From Utricularia gibba (lineage: Eukaryota > Plantae > Magnoliophyta): DNA of 64,000 bases. Positions 23,814-36,149 of the stretch are shown in pieces (position 1 is the first letter of the stretch; each line of letters opens with the position of its first letter). The DNA is taken from contig CM007992.1 in NCBI GenBank assembly GCA_002189035.1, positions 2,790,001 through 2,854,000 of the forward strand. The letters run 5' to 3'. The translations under genes were made by a program, and so were the position numbers. Below the pieces are notes generated by a model. The model did not search any database, was not told the origin of the DNA, and worked only from the letters and a program-made list of their open reading frames with translations.

Positions 23814-24539
23814 GTTGAAAGTTTTTATATTAAAGAAGAGGTGGGTGAGTGTGCCACATTACTAGTTATATAGGATATAAACACATTAGTTTTGATAGAC
23901 TTTAGAATGAGCTAGGTTTCGCATGCACGCAGGTTCTAATTTATTAGATCAAGTTGGATATTTGGAGAGCCCTAAAACCTAAAAGACTACACATGCAAGC
24001 AATGGGTACAAAATCGACCTCGAAAGCCTCTCACATAGGCGTGCGGGAGAAGCCCACATTTTACCTTTTTTTTGTCTCGAGATCATTAGAGTTAGACTAT
24101 ATATATTCAATTGTGTTCGACTGATTTACAACATTCTAAAGGAATTATCTCAATAGATCCTGCTACTATTTCCACCAAAACTGCAATATCTGAGAACCCT
24201 ATGTTGTTCGAGCCATCTCCGATTACTCGTGCACTGTTTACCGATGACAAAATGCCTTTGGATGTCTTCTCTGATGCAAATCTGGTCCCTATGTTGCCAC
24301 TGCCAACAAACCCTATCCAAGATCCACATGTGTCTGCTTATATGCCACGAGTCACCTCCGGTGTTCACAATCTGTCGCTAAACCATTCCATTGTTGCTCG
24401 ATAATTCCCTAACACTGCAAAGATCAACCACATAGCAATTGAGGAGAGGAAGAGGAAAGCTGAAAAGAAGCCTATCAATCATGAGTGTCAAGCAAATGTG
24501 ATCAAGAATAAATGAGGTACCAATCTGGATAAATTTGAA

Positions 24540-24812
24540 TAATTGGTCACAATTGTAACCATGTTTGCGTTTCTTGATCACATTCTTTAAAGTACTCAAT
24601 TTTCAATTGTAATTTTTTATAAGGTTTCAATTAGAAGTCATGCGGCAGATTCCATCACTGGAGGACATGCACAATTATATTTTTGCCCTTTCTTCATTTT
24701 CCCTAAAAGAAAAATTTCAATAATTGGTCACAGTCTTAAACTCATTTGCGTTTTCTCGGTCACATTCTTAAAATACTCAATTTTCAGTCACAATTTTTTC
24801 ATGAGGTTTCAA
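24540..24812. repeat. Two ~90-bp imperfect direct repeats, possibly Mutator TIR-type subrepeats
   Basis: taattggtcaca...tttgcgttt.t..tcacattctt.aa.tactcaatttt at ~24540-24630 and ~24721-24812. Confidence 0.5.
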
Positions 24813-25225
24813 TTCTTGGTTATTGTTTACATGCAATAATAATTACTTTTCTTCTAGTTAATATTATTTTCATCTTTAGACGATACTAATTTCTTTTTTT
24901 CTAATTAATATTAGTTTCATTTTCAATTTCTCGTGCAACTTTAATTATTTTTCTCCTAAAAAAAAGCAAACCAAATGGATAGACACCAGTTTTGTGAAAG
25001 TGGAAAGTACTACAATATTTCCCATTAAATACATAAAGGGACAGTAACACAAAATCCTTAAGAACAAGTTAATCATCCATGGTACATGTCATTACACAAT
25101 AAAAAATCCTAACAAAGGTCATAGTCATCAGTGCTACATGTCATTTTACCTTGAGCATGAATACTGGCTTCTAATTTCTCCTCAAGCTATTTTTGACGTG
25201 AATTCTAACAAATGCATCAAAAATT

Positions 25226-26382
25226 TGATGTGTGTTGTTTCCACAACAAATTTTAAATATTTTTAAAACTCGTAAAACACAAAATACATAGTACGGGTGT
25301 TGCACATAGGGAGTTGTTTTCAGTGGAAGATGAAGTTACACTGAATACAACTCTCATGACTTGTAAACAATTTTTGTAAAGTAAAAGGTGCGAGAAACGT
25401 AAGTGATGAAGCTTGAGTAAGGAAGTAAGGGGGTTGTAAACAAACAAGTGAAATAAACTTAAGCGATGAACCTTAAATAAAGAGAATGTCCTTAGGATCG
25501 GAATCCTACCCAGCTACGTTCGTCGTGTCTCTACCTTCTCTGGCCTTCTCGAGTACTCGGTTATGAGTGTAAGGAACTGTCTACCCTCTCTTACACTCTC
25601 GTGCAAAAAGGTACAGGAATAGCCCGATGTTGCTCCTTCTTGGACAAACTTAAAGTAGGAGGTTTTGCCACGTACCCTCACGATCGAATTGCATACGTGT
25701 GCCCGAGTGTTGTTAATGACATAATGACTCCAGATACAAGTCACTATGTATCCAATGATCTTGAAGTATGTTCATAGACAAAACATTGTCTCCCTCGTAT
25801 GAAAAGGGCATGAGTTGGTGCTTTCCATCTTATTCCTCAATACTCACAGGTAGTGATCATCTAATCATGAATCTTGAATAAAGGGACTGTTATAAAAAGA
25901 TTGTAATATAGTCACGCAAAGATATATGGAACCCAATCAGATTCAGAGAAGAAATGGAGATTAACTAACGAAACGTAGATTTGAGAGTCTCCTTAGTTCT
26001 ACTGTAATGGAGTGACTTGCAAGATAGCTCTTGTATTAACACTGGTATGCTGATGATTTCATCTGTCAGAGACTCTCATGTACCACACATCAAGACTCAT
26101 CATTAGGCGTTAATCTTCTGAAAATCAAGGAAATGTAAATTCAGAAAAATCTGTTTTATCGTCATCTGCTGCTTCCTTTCTCACATTTCCTACTACGTGT
26201 TTGTCTCTAGAGAAATTTGAACAAAACTAAACAAAAATATTAGATAAAATACAAGATTTAGGAAAATTACCTTAATATAGAAAAAAACATAAATCTTATA
26301 TTATAAACTTCTAACTAAACAACTTTAATCATATTTAGATACAAAAACGACCTAAAAGATAATAAGAAAATGACATTTAACA
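25226..26382 (-). mobile_element. Isolated LTR of a Ty3/gypsy-like family, paralog of 49871-51200
   Basis: On the minus strand TGTTAAATGTCATTTTC...GGAAACAACACACATCA; collinear with 49871-51200. No matching TSD (aaatt versus atcac). Confidence 0.75.
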
Positions 26383-26940
26383 ATCACCAAAGGTCTTCAC
26401 TTGAAATACAACCAATAGAGTGTTGATATTGTCCAAGCCAAGCACTTCGCTTGTAGCATTCATCGATATAGTGTTCCATTGGAAGCATCCTTTACGCCAT
26501 ATAGCAGCCACCACATGACAACATGGAAAAGAAGTCAATTTCCATGAACCACAGCTGCAAGCTTTTTCTAGTAAATTGATTGTTCTGTTTATATAAGGAC
26601 CAACAACTTGATAGTTGTTCTCATTGTTTCTCATTGCGAAATATTCTGCTACATCCTCTAACTTATCTAACAGGGATATGCTCGTAGGGCATTTTTGACC
26701 CATAGCAAAATGATCGGTTCAGCATATCTGACCCGAACCAGTACCAGTTCGACATATATGACTCAAAATGTTTATGAAATTACACATTTGACCCATAACA
26801 AATTTAGTCTATGATATATTTGACCCATAAAATTTGGTTTTGACACTTTTGATCCATAATGTTTTATAACGAGTATATTTGACCTAGAAAAAATTTATAG
26901 AACTTTACAACGGAGTTCATTTGATCCAATAAGTTTATCG
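26383..26940 (-). mobile_element. MULE remnant: SWIM zinc-finger segment plus a block of tttgaccca subrepeats
   Basis: RTINLLEKACSCGSWKLTSFPCCHVVAAIW is a SWIM domain; tttgaccca/tttgatcca is repeated across 26695-26930. Confidence 0.75.
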
Positions 26941-26989
26941 TTGGTCTTATCTATAGTGTCCAATTGACATATTCAATTCAAGAATTTGT

Positions 26990-29900
26990 CATATTTGGTA
27001 GTGGCTTATTTCCAGGAAGTCCTTTGAAGTTGGTCAAAAAGTTTTGCTGTTTCAATCTAGGATGAAGTTACACCCAAAGAAACTCAAATCTCGTTATATT
27101 GGACCATTTGTAGTGAAAGAAGTTTTTCCAAACGGAACAGTGGAGGTTTATGATGTGTGTGGGCAGTGGCTTCAACTCGGTTGTTCTTTCCTCCATGGTC
27201 TTGATTTGCATAGCATTCACCTATTCTGACCCTTTTTCAGCTTCCACTCTTGCAAAAAATGATTCCTCATGCTCTTTTTCCTTCTCTTGAAGAGCCTTCT
27301 CAAAATGCTCCTCAACCAATTTATCTATGACATCCACTGAGCATACACTCTCAAAATCGCTGGGATAATTGTTCACTTCCTTCATGTCTAATGTGATCTT
27401 CTCTTCATCAAAGGATAACTCAATTGTACTCATCTTTACATTAATTATAGCATTAGAAGTGCTCAAGAATGGTCTTCCAAGGATGATTGTTGTATCCCTT
27501 GAACTTCCGATACGCATATTTACCATGTAGAAGTCTGTTAGATACACGAGCTGCTCAATCTTTACCAGAAAATCTTCAACCAAGCCTTTTGGAGAAATTA
27601 CTCTTCGATCAGCAAGCTCAATTTGCGCTTCTGAGGCTTGTAGAGGTCCTAACCTGAGAGTCTCATACATAGAAAATGATATTACGTTTATAAAGGCTCT
27701 CAAGTCAACCATTGCTCTTCTGATGTTCAGGTCACCTATTTTGCAAGGAATAAAAAATGTTCCAGGATCCTTGCATTTTTCAGGTAGCTTCCAAGTCAAA
27801 AGTGCTGAGCATCTTTTAGTCATCTTCACCTTGCCCTTTTCCTTCAATTTTGGCTTTGACATACAGAGCTACTTCATGTATTTCACGTTTTTGGACACCA
27901 AATCAATGTACTCAAGAAGAGTTAAGTTCAATTGGGTATTACCTAAAGCCCTCAACATTTTTTCTCGTTCATTTTGCTCCTCTCTCGCTTTCAGCCTCCC
28001 TGAAAATGGTGGTGGGGTTACTTTTACCACAAGAGATTCAGTAGCAATCTCCACCTCCTGTTCTTCAGCATCTCCTTCTACCTCAACTTCATACTCCTCT
28101 CCCGCTGCTAAATTACTCTCAATTTGGACTAATTCTCTGCCAGTTTTTTCTTTTCCACTTCTCAGTGTCATTGCATTGATATTTTGTCCTTCCCGAGAGT
28201 TGGGATTCTGTTTTGCTTGCGACGGTAGGCTTCCTTTTTGCTTCAGTTCCCCTACCTTGGTTGCTAGCTGAGTAACTTCAATTTCTAAGTTCTTGATAGC
28301 TTGTTGATTCTCAGCTTCGTTCTTGATAGATTGGGTCATGAAAGTCTTTAAAATATCCTCCAATGAACTTCCAGAATTTCCTCAGAATTATTCTGGTTTG
28401 GAGGCTGAAATTTCTGTTGCATCTGTTGGTTTGGCTTGCAAAATGATGGACTTGATAAGACCGTTGCTGCTGCTCTCGGAAATTTTGATGAAATCCTTGT
28501 CGTCCAGCAGATGAACTTTCGCCCTTGTAAGCATTATCATTGTTGCTCCATCTGAAATTTCGATGATCCCTCTATCGAGGATTGTAGGTGTTCGAATATG
28601 GATCATATTTTTTCCTTTGTGGTTTCAGATATCTCATAGCTTTCACATGCTCTTCCTCCATCAATTCGGGACATTTATCAGTAATGTGACACATTCTATG
28701 GCAATTCCCGCAAGGCATATTCTTAGCTTGGAATAAAAATAACTCCATCATCTCAGACATGGTAGCCACATTTTTCGTCAGCTCACTTTTTGATGCTTTT
28801 GGCTTGCATTCCAGCTCATAAACCCTTATGTTCGAGGCCTATTTTTTGATAATATGTCTGGAGTGCTTAGTCAACTCCACAAGCAATGCAATAACTTCCA
28901 TGGGCTCTATCTGTGCATAGAAGTCCATCATAAAAATATTTGACAAATGCATTGATATGAAATCCGTGGTGTGGACAGCATCCTAGCAGGTGATTAAAAC
29001 GCTCTCAATATTCATGTAAAGATTCGCCATTTGATTGGTCAATATCACTGATTTCCTTCCTTATTCCTTTAGCCTTCAAAGTAGGGAAATATTTGCTGAG
29101 AAAAACTTTCTTCATCCCTGACCAATCTGTGATACTCCGAGGCTTCAAAGAGTTGAACCACGTTTTTGCACTTCCTTCTAACGTAAATTGGAATGCCCTA
29201 AAAAAGATGGCATCCTAAGTCATACCAACACTCTTAAAAGAGGTGCAAACAGCAGTTACATTGTCAAGATGTTCATGTGGGTTCTCACCCACTTTCCCAT
29301 AATACTTGGGTAGAAAATTAATCATAGGTGGCTTTAATTCATTGGTTGTGTCATCAGAAAACCTGATACACAACCCCTTGTACATATGGTCAGCTGCATT
29401 AAGTTCATTCAGGGTTTTCTCTTGTTCTACCATGATACAATTAGCTTGAATTACAGCAGGGAGTCTGTTCAATCTTGCTACTTTTCTCACTCTTGTGCGG
29501 TTCTTGCTGATAGCTCTCTAGATTTCTGAATAGAAAACAAGATCACCTACATCAGAAGAACGCAAATGCATCAACCAAATCACAAATAATTAAACACTGC
29601 TCCCCGGCAACGGCGCCAATTTGATAAACAAAAAATTAGCAATGTCGTTAAATTGCAGTTTTCCCTATCAAATAAATTTATAACATACCACACACTCAAG
29701 CATAATACAATTATGAGCATAGTGATTAGGATCGAACACGAAGAGCAGATGCTTATCATATGGAAGTCAATGTATGAAACTAGTGTCACGTTGATAAATT
29801 TGGTCTTAACTACAAATAAAATAGAATTGCGACAAAATACAGTAAAGAAAAGTAACAAACTTCTGAACTTGGTTGATTCTAAAATGAAATGGGTGATGTC

Positions 29901-30789
29901 TTGGGACTTCTAGAGGATGTATGTTTATCACTAAACATACTCACTCAAACCATAAATCAAACACTTAACACACAAAGTTTAGGTTTACCCGGACTTTTGT
30001 TTTCCCCCTTAATCTTTGGTCTACCTCTAATTAAGGTTGTTAAGCTGGGTTTCACTACTTCCCCCTCCTGAATCTATCCTGGTTTGTTAAGGAAGTGGTT
30101 TGACTTATGATTGATTAGATCTAAAGATTGATTAGCACATATACCCCCTTTCACCCCAAGTCACTCCTATATACTTAGCCACTCATGCTTAAGATAAACG
30201 AAAATAGAAAAGAGAACATGTCCATATTGTACTCATCTCACAGTCGACTACCAGAAAATAAACAAACAGGAAATTTAAAAGTTCAACATAAAGCTCGAAA
30301 ATGTCGCTAGCTACTCTTATCTAAGAGTAATATTCTTCGAAAACAGAAAATAGTCTTCAAACATCAACTGTGTTCCTGTTCGTCTTCCTCCTTCTTCCCC
30401 TCTCAAAAACCTTCTCCAAAAAGAATGTCGTATGTCTCCAATGGGGGAGATATTTTTCTCTCTCCATCTTGTCTCTCTTTTTATCCAAAATCCTACTTTT
30501 TACTTCCTTGGATTTTGTGTGTACTTCTTTTCACACTTCTGCCTCATTTTCTACCACTACACTGTTCATATTCGACTCCTTAGGATTTGTGTTGAGACCT
30601 GTGCTATATTGCTCAAAGAAAACTATTAGAAGATTGGGACTAAATCTACGATTTAGTCCCAACTAAGGTTAAAATAATCTAACTACAGTACTATGTACAA
30701 AAATATAAAACTAGACAGTAAAACTTAATTTTTGTAGCACAATATAAATCTTTTCCATGTACTTAATCACTCAAAAATATGTGTTATCA
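26990..30789 (-). mobile_element. Ty3/gypsy Athila element: 5' LTR 30789-29622, tRNA-Asp-type PBS, gag-protease, truncated before RT
   Basis: LTR TGATAACACA...GTTTATCA. PBS TGGCGCCGTTGCCGGGGA at 29618-29601. gag NELKPPMINFLPKYYGKVGENPHEHL and GSLPSQAKQNP..NAMTLRSGKE. Protease KDPGTFFIPC..RAMVDLRAFINV..ILGRPFLST. A plus-strand integrase C-terminal piece lies at ~27020-27155. Confidence 0.9.
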
Positions 30790-30799
30790 GCAACACCTC

Positions 30800-31430
30800 A
30801 CGAACTAAACGTAAACCTTATCATTAATCCATTCCAAAAGCTCAATTAGGTCAAGCCTTCTAACATCCTTGAGAGCCGAATTAAAATACTCTAAGTTGTT
30901 GTTCGTCAAAATGAGACATTTGTTGTCTGAATCAAAAAATGTTCGACACCATTGGTATACCATCCATATACTTGTATGCTTTCAGATTGTATTCTTTAAA
31001 CACCTTCATGGCACACCGAAATTGACTTGGCATTGTAGCTCGAGCGGCAGCCTACACATGACCCTTCAAATGATAGTCAACTTCGATGAAATACTTTTAC
31101 CGAAATTCTTAAACAAATGTAAGACATGATGGTGAATCTATAAAGTACAATAGTAAAATTTCAAATAAATATTTTTAATTTAAATTTATAATAAATATGT
31201 CTCAATGTATTACTTTGACTTTTAGAAGCAAGTCTCACAAAACAAATAATATTAATGGTAAATTGACTCTTGTGTCTCCTCTGAAATATCATAGTTTTTC
31301 ACAAGCAATTTCATAAATCAAGTCCAAGCCACCAAAGTTTCACTACCAACAATACCCCATGCAATGGGGAAACTCCATTATTCGAATCCGAGACTGTTGC
31401 CATAATGTATGCGTGCCATCCACCATAATA
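30800..31430 (-). mobile_element. MULE transposase remnant (DDE region), 5'-truncated
   Basis: Minus-strand IIMVDGTH...FPIAWGIVGSETLVAWT*FMKLL and AARATMPSQFRCAMK...LTNNNLEYFNSALKDVRRL; upstream of the SWIM piece at 26383-26703 on the same strand. Confidence 0.8.
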
Positions 31431-31736
31431 ATACAATTTAATCAAAACAAACTATATTTTACAAATTTAATCCTGTGTGGGGCTTTCAGAGCTTTTGCCT
31501 ATTTGTTTATTCAGCTTTGGAAAATTCATTTAAATTGGCATTGGGCAGTAACGCGTAATGGTGGATATCTACATGGTACACTTCCATTTGTTGCTGTTAC
31601 ATGGTCCTTAGAAAAAAATATTCCTACAACTAGTTATGGACGTTAATAGTCACTCGGGCTTTGCTAACGTAGCTTTTGCCTGACAATTATTCTCAATTTA
31701 AAAAAAAAAAAACTTGGCACCTTCTTTCTGTCTTAG

Positions 31737-32252
31737 ATGTTGTCTCTATTCCGAATACCAATGAGAATTTTCGTCTTCTGCATGACACAAAGGGCCGTTT
31801 TACGCTGCACTCAATCAGGGATGTGGATTCAAAGGTTCGTTTTCGCTTACTTGTTTTTTCTGAGATATATCAAGCTCCCGCAATTTGCCTTGGGGAATCC
31901 CCTCTTTCTTACATTTCCATTTAGCATCTTTTAAATTATTTCTCCTTGCAGTTCAAGCTATGCAAAGTTCGGTCAGTCCAATTCGGGAAGAAGGGAATCC
32001 CATACCTGCGCACTTACATGGGAGAACTATCCGCTACCCTGACCCGCCCATCAAGGCCATGACACCATTAAGCTTGACTTGGAGGAGAAAAAAATCGTCA
32101 ACTTCATCAAGTTCGATGTGGGCAATGTTGTTATGGTTACGGGCAGAAGAAATCGAGGGCGTGTTGGGGTGATCAGAAACAGAGGGAAGCACAAGAGAAC
32201 CTTCGAGACGATCCATGTGGAGGATGCTACTGGCCATCCATTTGCTACCCGA
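31737..32252 (+). pseudogene. RPS4: RPS4 pseudogene, copy 2 (exons 3-4 only)
   Basis: DVVSIPNTNENFRLLHDTKGRFTLHSIRD|gt; [19 protein letters not shown], frameshift, then [22 protein letters not shown]...FATR and a deletion. Confidence 0.9.
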
Positions 32253-32944
32253 CCGGGAATAAACTCATGTGCAGGTTTAGTGCAAAGTCAAGTTTCTAAA
32301 ATTGTGGAACAGATTGAATTCATGAATAGATTGCTTATTTTACTAAATTAAGAATTATTTTACATTGAAGCCAGGGACAACTGCTTATTTGGCGGTTGGC
32401 TGGAATAAACAAGTGTAATTAAGACATCTCTGGGACAGCTTACCGGAGAGCTTTTCTGCAATAAAAGTCAAATGACCGGCTGGCGGTAGCGTGATCCGAC
32501 GGCTGTCTTTGCTCCGGATCCCAACCTCGCATTTAAATCCAACCAACTACAACTACTACATTTTTGCGTGTGTTTGGAGGCCTTCTCCGCCATCACTGTC
32601 GTTCTTCCTCACCACAAATCTGTCCAAGAATCTCAGGCGGGGAGAGCAGCCCACCGACGTCTGTTTCTCTTGTTGGGTTCTTGACTGCAGGAACCTCTTC
32701 GTTTTCTGGTGTAAGAAACATTTTCAACTTCTTTACGAGATGCTTCCTTCGAAAAGTTTTTAAAGAATCAAGTTTTGGTGTATTTTCATGTGGTCTGTAG
32801 TTGAATTTGGTGGTTTTTTTCATCGCTACGCGTTAAATGAGCTGGGTGGTCATTGATATGCAAGTAGCTGGTGCATTTTTTGGTGTTAATTGAGTTATCT
32901 GGGGTTTTCAATGTAGGTGTGGGCAGAGAGATCAAGCTCCTGGA

Positions 32945-34829
32945 ATGGCGCTAAACACTTTTCGTAAGGCAATTGGGGTTGTGAAGGATCAGACCAGCAT
33001 TGGTATCGCGAAAGTGGCGGGGAACTTAGCGCCGGAGCTTGAAATCGCTGTGGTTAAGGCTACAAGCCATGATGATGATCCGGCATCTGAGAAGTGCATC
33101 AGGGAAACTCTTCATTTGACGTTTCAATCTCGTGGGTATGTGAGCGCTTGTGTGGCCGCAGTGTCCAAGAGACTGAGGAAAACTCGGGATTGGATTGTGG
33201 CCCTTAAGTGCCTGATGCTGGTTCATCGATTGCTCAATGAGGGGGATGCTGTTTTTCAACAGGAAATCCTGTATGCTACGAGGAGGGAACACGGCTGTTG
33301 AATCTCTCTGATTTTAGGGACGAAGCGCATACAAATTCGTGGGATCATTCCTCATTTGTGAGAATGTATGCGTTTTACTTGGATCAGAGGCTTGAAATGA
33401 TGATTCATGGAAGGAAGCAGGGCGGAAATAGAAATGAAAGTGATAGATCTAGCTATAGATCTCCTCCAGAATCCTACCGAGGCTCTCGTTATGAGTACAG
33501 TGATGACCCGAATCATGGAATTCGCAGGTCAAGATCTTATGGGGATATTGTCCAAGAAAGTAAAGCTGATACTCCACTTAGAGAGATGAAACCAGAAAGG
33601 ATACTGGAAAAGATGGCACATTTGCAGAGACTTATGGACCGATTTTTATCTTGCCGTCCAACAGGTTTGGCAAAGAATGAAAGGATGATTCTCGTGGCAA
33701 TGTACCCTATTGTGAAGGAGAGTTTCCAGTTATATGCCAATGTATGTGAAATCTTGGCAGCCCTTTTGGACAAGTTCTTTGATATGGAGTATCCTGATTG
33801 CGTGAAGACACTCGATGCATATAGCAGTTCCGCAAAGCAGATTGATGAGTTAGTAAGTATTTATAATTGGTGCAAAGAACTTGGTATTGCCAGGTCCTCT
33901 GAGTATCCAGAAGTCCAGAAGATCAGTAGCCAGCTGTTGGATACATTGGAGGAGTTTGTGAGGGATAAAGCTAATGCTGCTAAGAGCCTGGCAAGGAAGC
34001 CGGAGACCCAATCAGCTCCTCGGGAGGAATCTCTGGCCAATATGAATGAGATAAAGGCTTTGCCAGCACCTGAAGCGCACGTTGCACCTCCAACACAGCA
34101 TGTGCCTGAGCCTCCCAAGCCATCCATTCAGGAAACTGGAGATTTGTTGGACTTGAAAGAGGATAATGCTGATGATCAAGATAACAAATTGGCGCTTGCA
34201 TTGTTTGCTGGACCTCTGGATAACAGCCATGGCTTGGCAAAATCTGATGGTGATCCGGAGGTAACTTCAGCTTGGCAAAATCCAGCTGCTGTGGCGGGGA
34301 AAGCTGATTGGGAGCTAGCTCTTGTTGAGTCCGCAAGTGCTCTATCCAAACAGAAAGCTACATTGGGCGGTGGGCTGGATCCATTGTTGCTGAATGGTAT
34401 GTACGACCAGGGAATTATCCATCACCACGTTGGTGCCACACAGTTGGGTGGTGGCAGTGCTAGCAGTGTGGCATTACCAGGTCCTGGAGCAACAAAAACT
34501 CCAGTTCTTGCCCTTCCTGCACCAGATGGATCGACAGTTCAAGCTGTAGGACAAGATCCATTTGCAGCATCTTTGAGCATTCCACCACCATCCTATGTTC
34601 AAATGGCAGATATGGAGAAGAAGCAGCAGTTTCTGGTTCAGGAGCAGATGGTATGGCATCAGTACAGACAAGATGGAATGCAGGGCCAAGCTAGTTTGGC
34701 AAAAATCAGCAATGGCGGCGGGTACTATCCTTCCGGCATACAGCCAATGATTCCACCCTATGGAATGCTGCCCGTGAGCGGTATGGGATTGCCCCTACTG
34801 CTGGATATCAGTATACTACTCTTTACTGA
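32945..34829 (+). CDS. ANTH-domain clathrin assembly protein (PICALM/At2g25430-like), intronless CDS with two 1-bp frameshifts as assembled
   Basis: KAIGVVKDQTSIGIAKVA..ELEIAVVKATSHDDDPA..DWIVALKCLMLVHRLL; LNLSDFRDEAHTNSWDHSSFVRMYAFYLDQRLE; ADWELALVESAS; GGGLDPLLLNGMYDQG; ADMEKKQQFLVQEQ. One G is missing at 33285-33287 and one C at 34792-34795; restoring them gives ...GMGLPPTAGYQYTTLY* at 34829. Confidence 0.88.
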
Positions 34830-35473
34830 TCGTCAGTTGGGTTTCAATATTCTTTTGATTCAAATTTACTGTCACTGTAGAAAATGGTCTCTGAGATACA
34901 CACATTGTGCCAATTCCTCTCTCTGTTTGTCTGTAAAAGGGTTTTCTTTCAATGCTTTCTGTTCATTCAGCACTTGCAAGTAACCCCAAACCCGTCTCCC
35001 ATGGCTGGCATTCAACAGCTATCTCAATTACTGTGATGCTGATCGTAGTTGATGTTTGAACTCAAGCACGCCTTGTCTGACAGTGCCCACCTAGCTATTG
35101 CTCTTGCTACCTGGATGGCTTCCACAGAGCCTCCCTCGGGAGTGTTTGGATATCCTGTGCCCAGGTAGATATTGTAGCACCCGGATACAGTCTTTTGCGC
35201 CGGACCCTTTGTGGAGAGCCCGAATACACGATGCTGTAAGTCCCTCTCCAGAGGCTTATGCTCGGATGGGCACATTGTGTCCAAATAGAAGTTTTCAATC
35301 ACATCCAAATAAACCCATAAGATACTTATTCTTCAAACAAACAAAGGGGTCGCTCGCTCAAAGTGAATTCCTTGAAGAATAAAATGGTGCAAGATCCTAC
35401 AAACACGTGTGTTGTAAAAGGAATTCTCTTGAGGGCAAAAACGTAATTTACACCAATTCTAATTTTTCATTAA

Positions 35474-35477
<4 letters not shown>

Positions 35478-35509
<32 letters not shown>
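35478..35509. repeat. (AT)n microsatellite, ~16 units
   Basis: Uninterrupted atatat run. Confidence 0.95.
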
Positions 35510-35512
<3 letters not shown>

Positions 35513-36149
35513 ACATTGTAAAAAAATACTAAACAAACCAAACATAGTAAAATTGCTACTTTTACATATATTTAAATTTAATATGTACCAAAGAGCCCTA
35601 AATCATTATAGCATTTTTACTCATTTTTTGAAAATGTTGATACTGCATTTCCATAAATAGGATATAGATTTATGAAAATAAGCAAATTTGTATCTCATTT
35701 ATTTGACGATATCTACATTGGTGTTCGTATAATATGGATTCCATCTTATATTCATTTTATTTTTTTATAATTATTTAATATAATACATATTATTAAATAA
35801 TACATATTATTCTTACTTCCTCACCTACATTCATATCAGTATAATGTTGTATATAATATTTATATTTATTAATTTTATACTAATTTACATAATTAATTAA
35901 ATATAAAAATAATATTTATTTAAAATAGAGAAAATTATTATTCATACAACACATACTACAATAGATATAAAATTAATTAAAATTATTCTAAATATGTTCA
36001 ATCAAATCTCATTTCAACTGTCTATGCAATCTTGATTTCTTGGAATTCACAACCCGAGCAAGATATGCTTCAAAAGCATGGATATTTTGTCCTAATAAAT
36101 CAAATGGCTCTTGTGTTATCTAATCATAATCTTCAAGATCTGATTGAGT

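Noticed and set aside
24111-24404. 97-aa Pro/Ser-rich ORF
   Set aside because: No recognisable motif, and it lies inside the TE nest; probably a retroelement spacer.
27723-28271. 182-aa plus-strand ORF
   Set aside because: Antisense shadow of Athila gag-protease; the same applies to most other 60-150 aa ORFs overlapping genes or TEs in the track.
34796-34983. Hydrophobic C-terminal extension of ORF 33298-34983
   Set aside because: It results from the 1-bp C-run deletion; the family-like end (GYQYTTLY*) is in another frame, ending at 34829.
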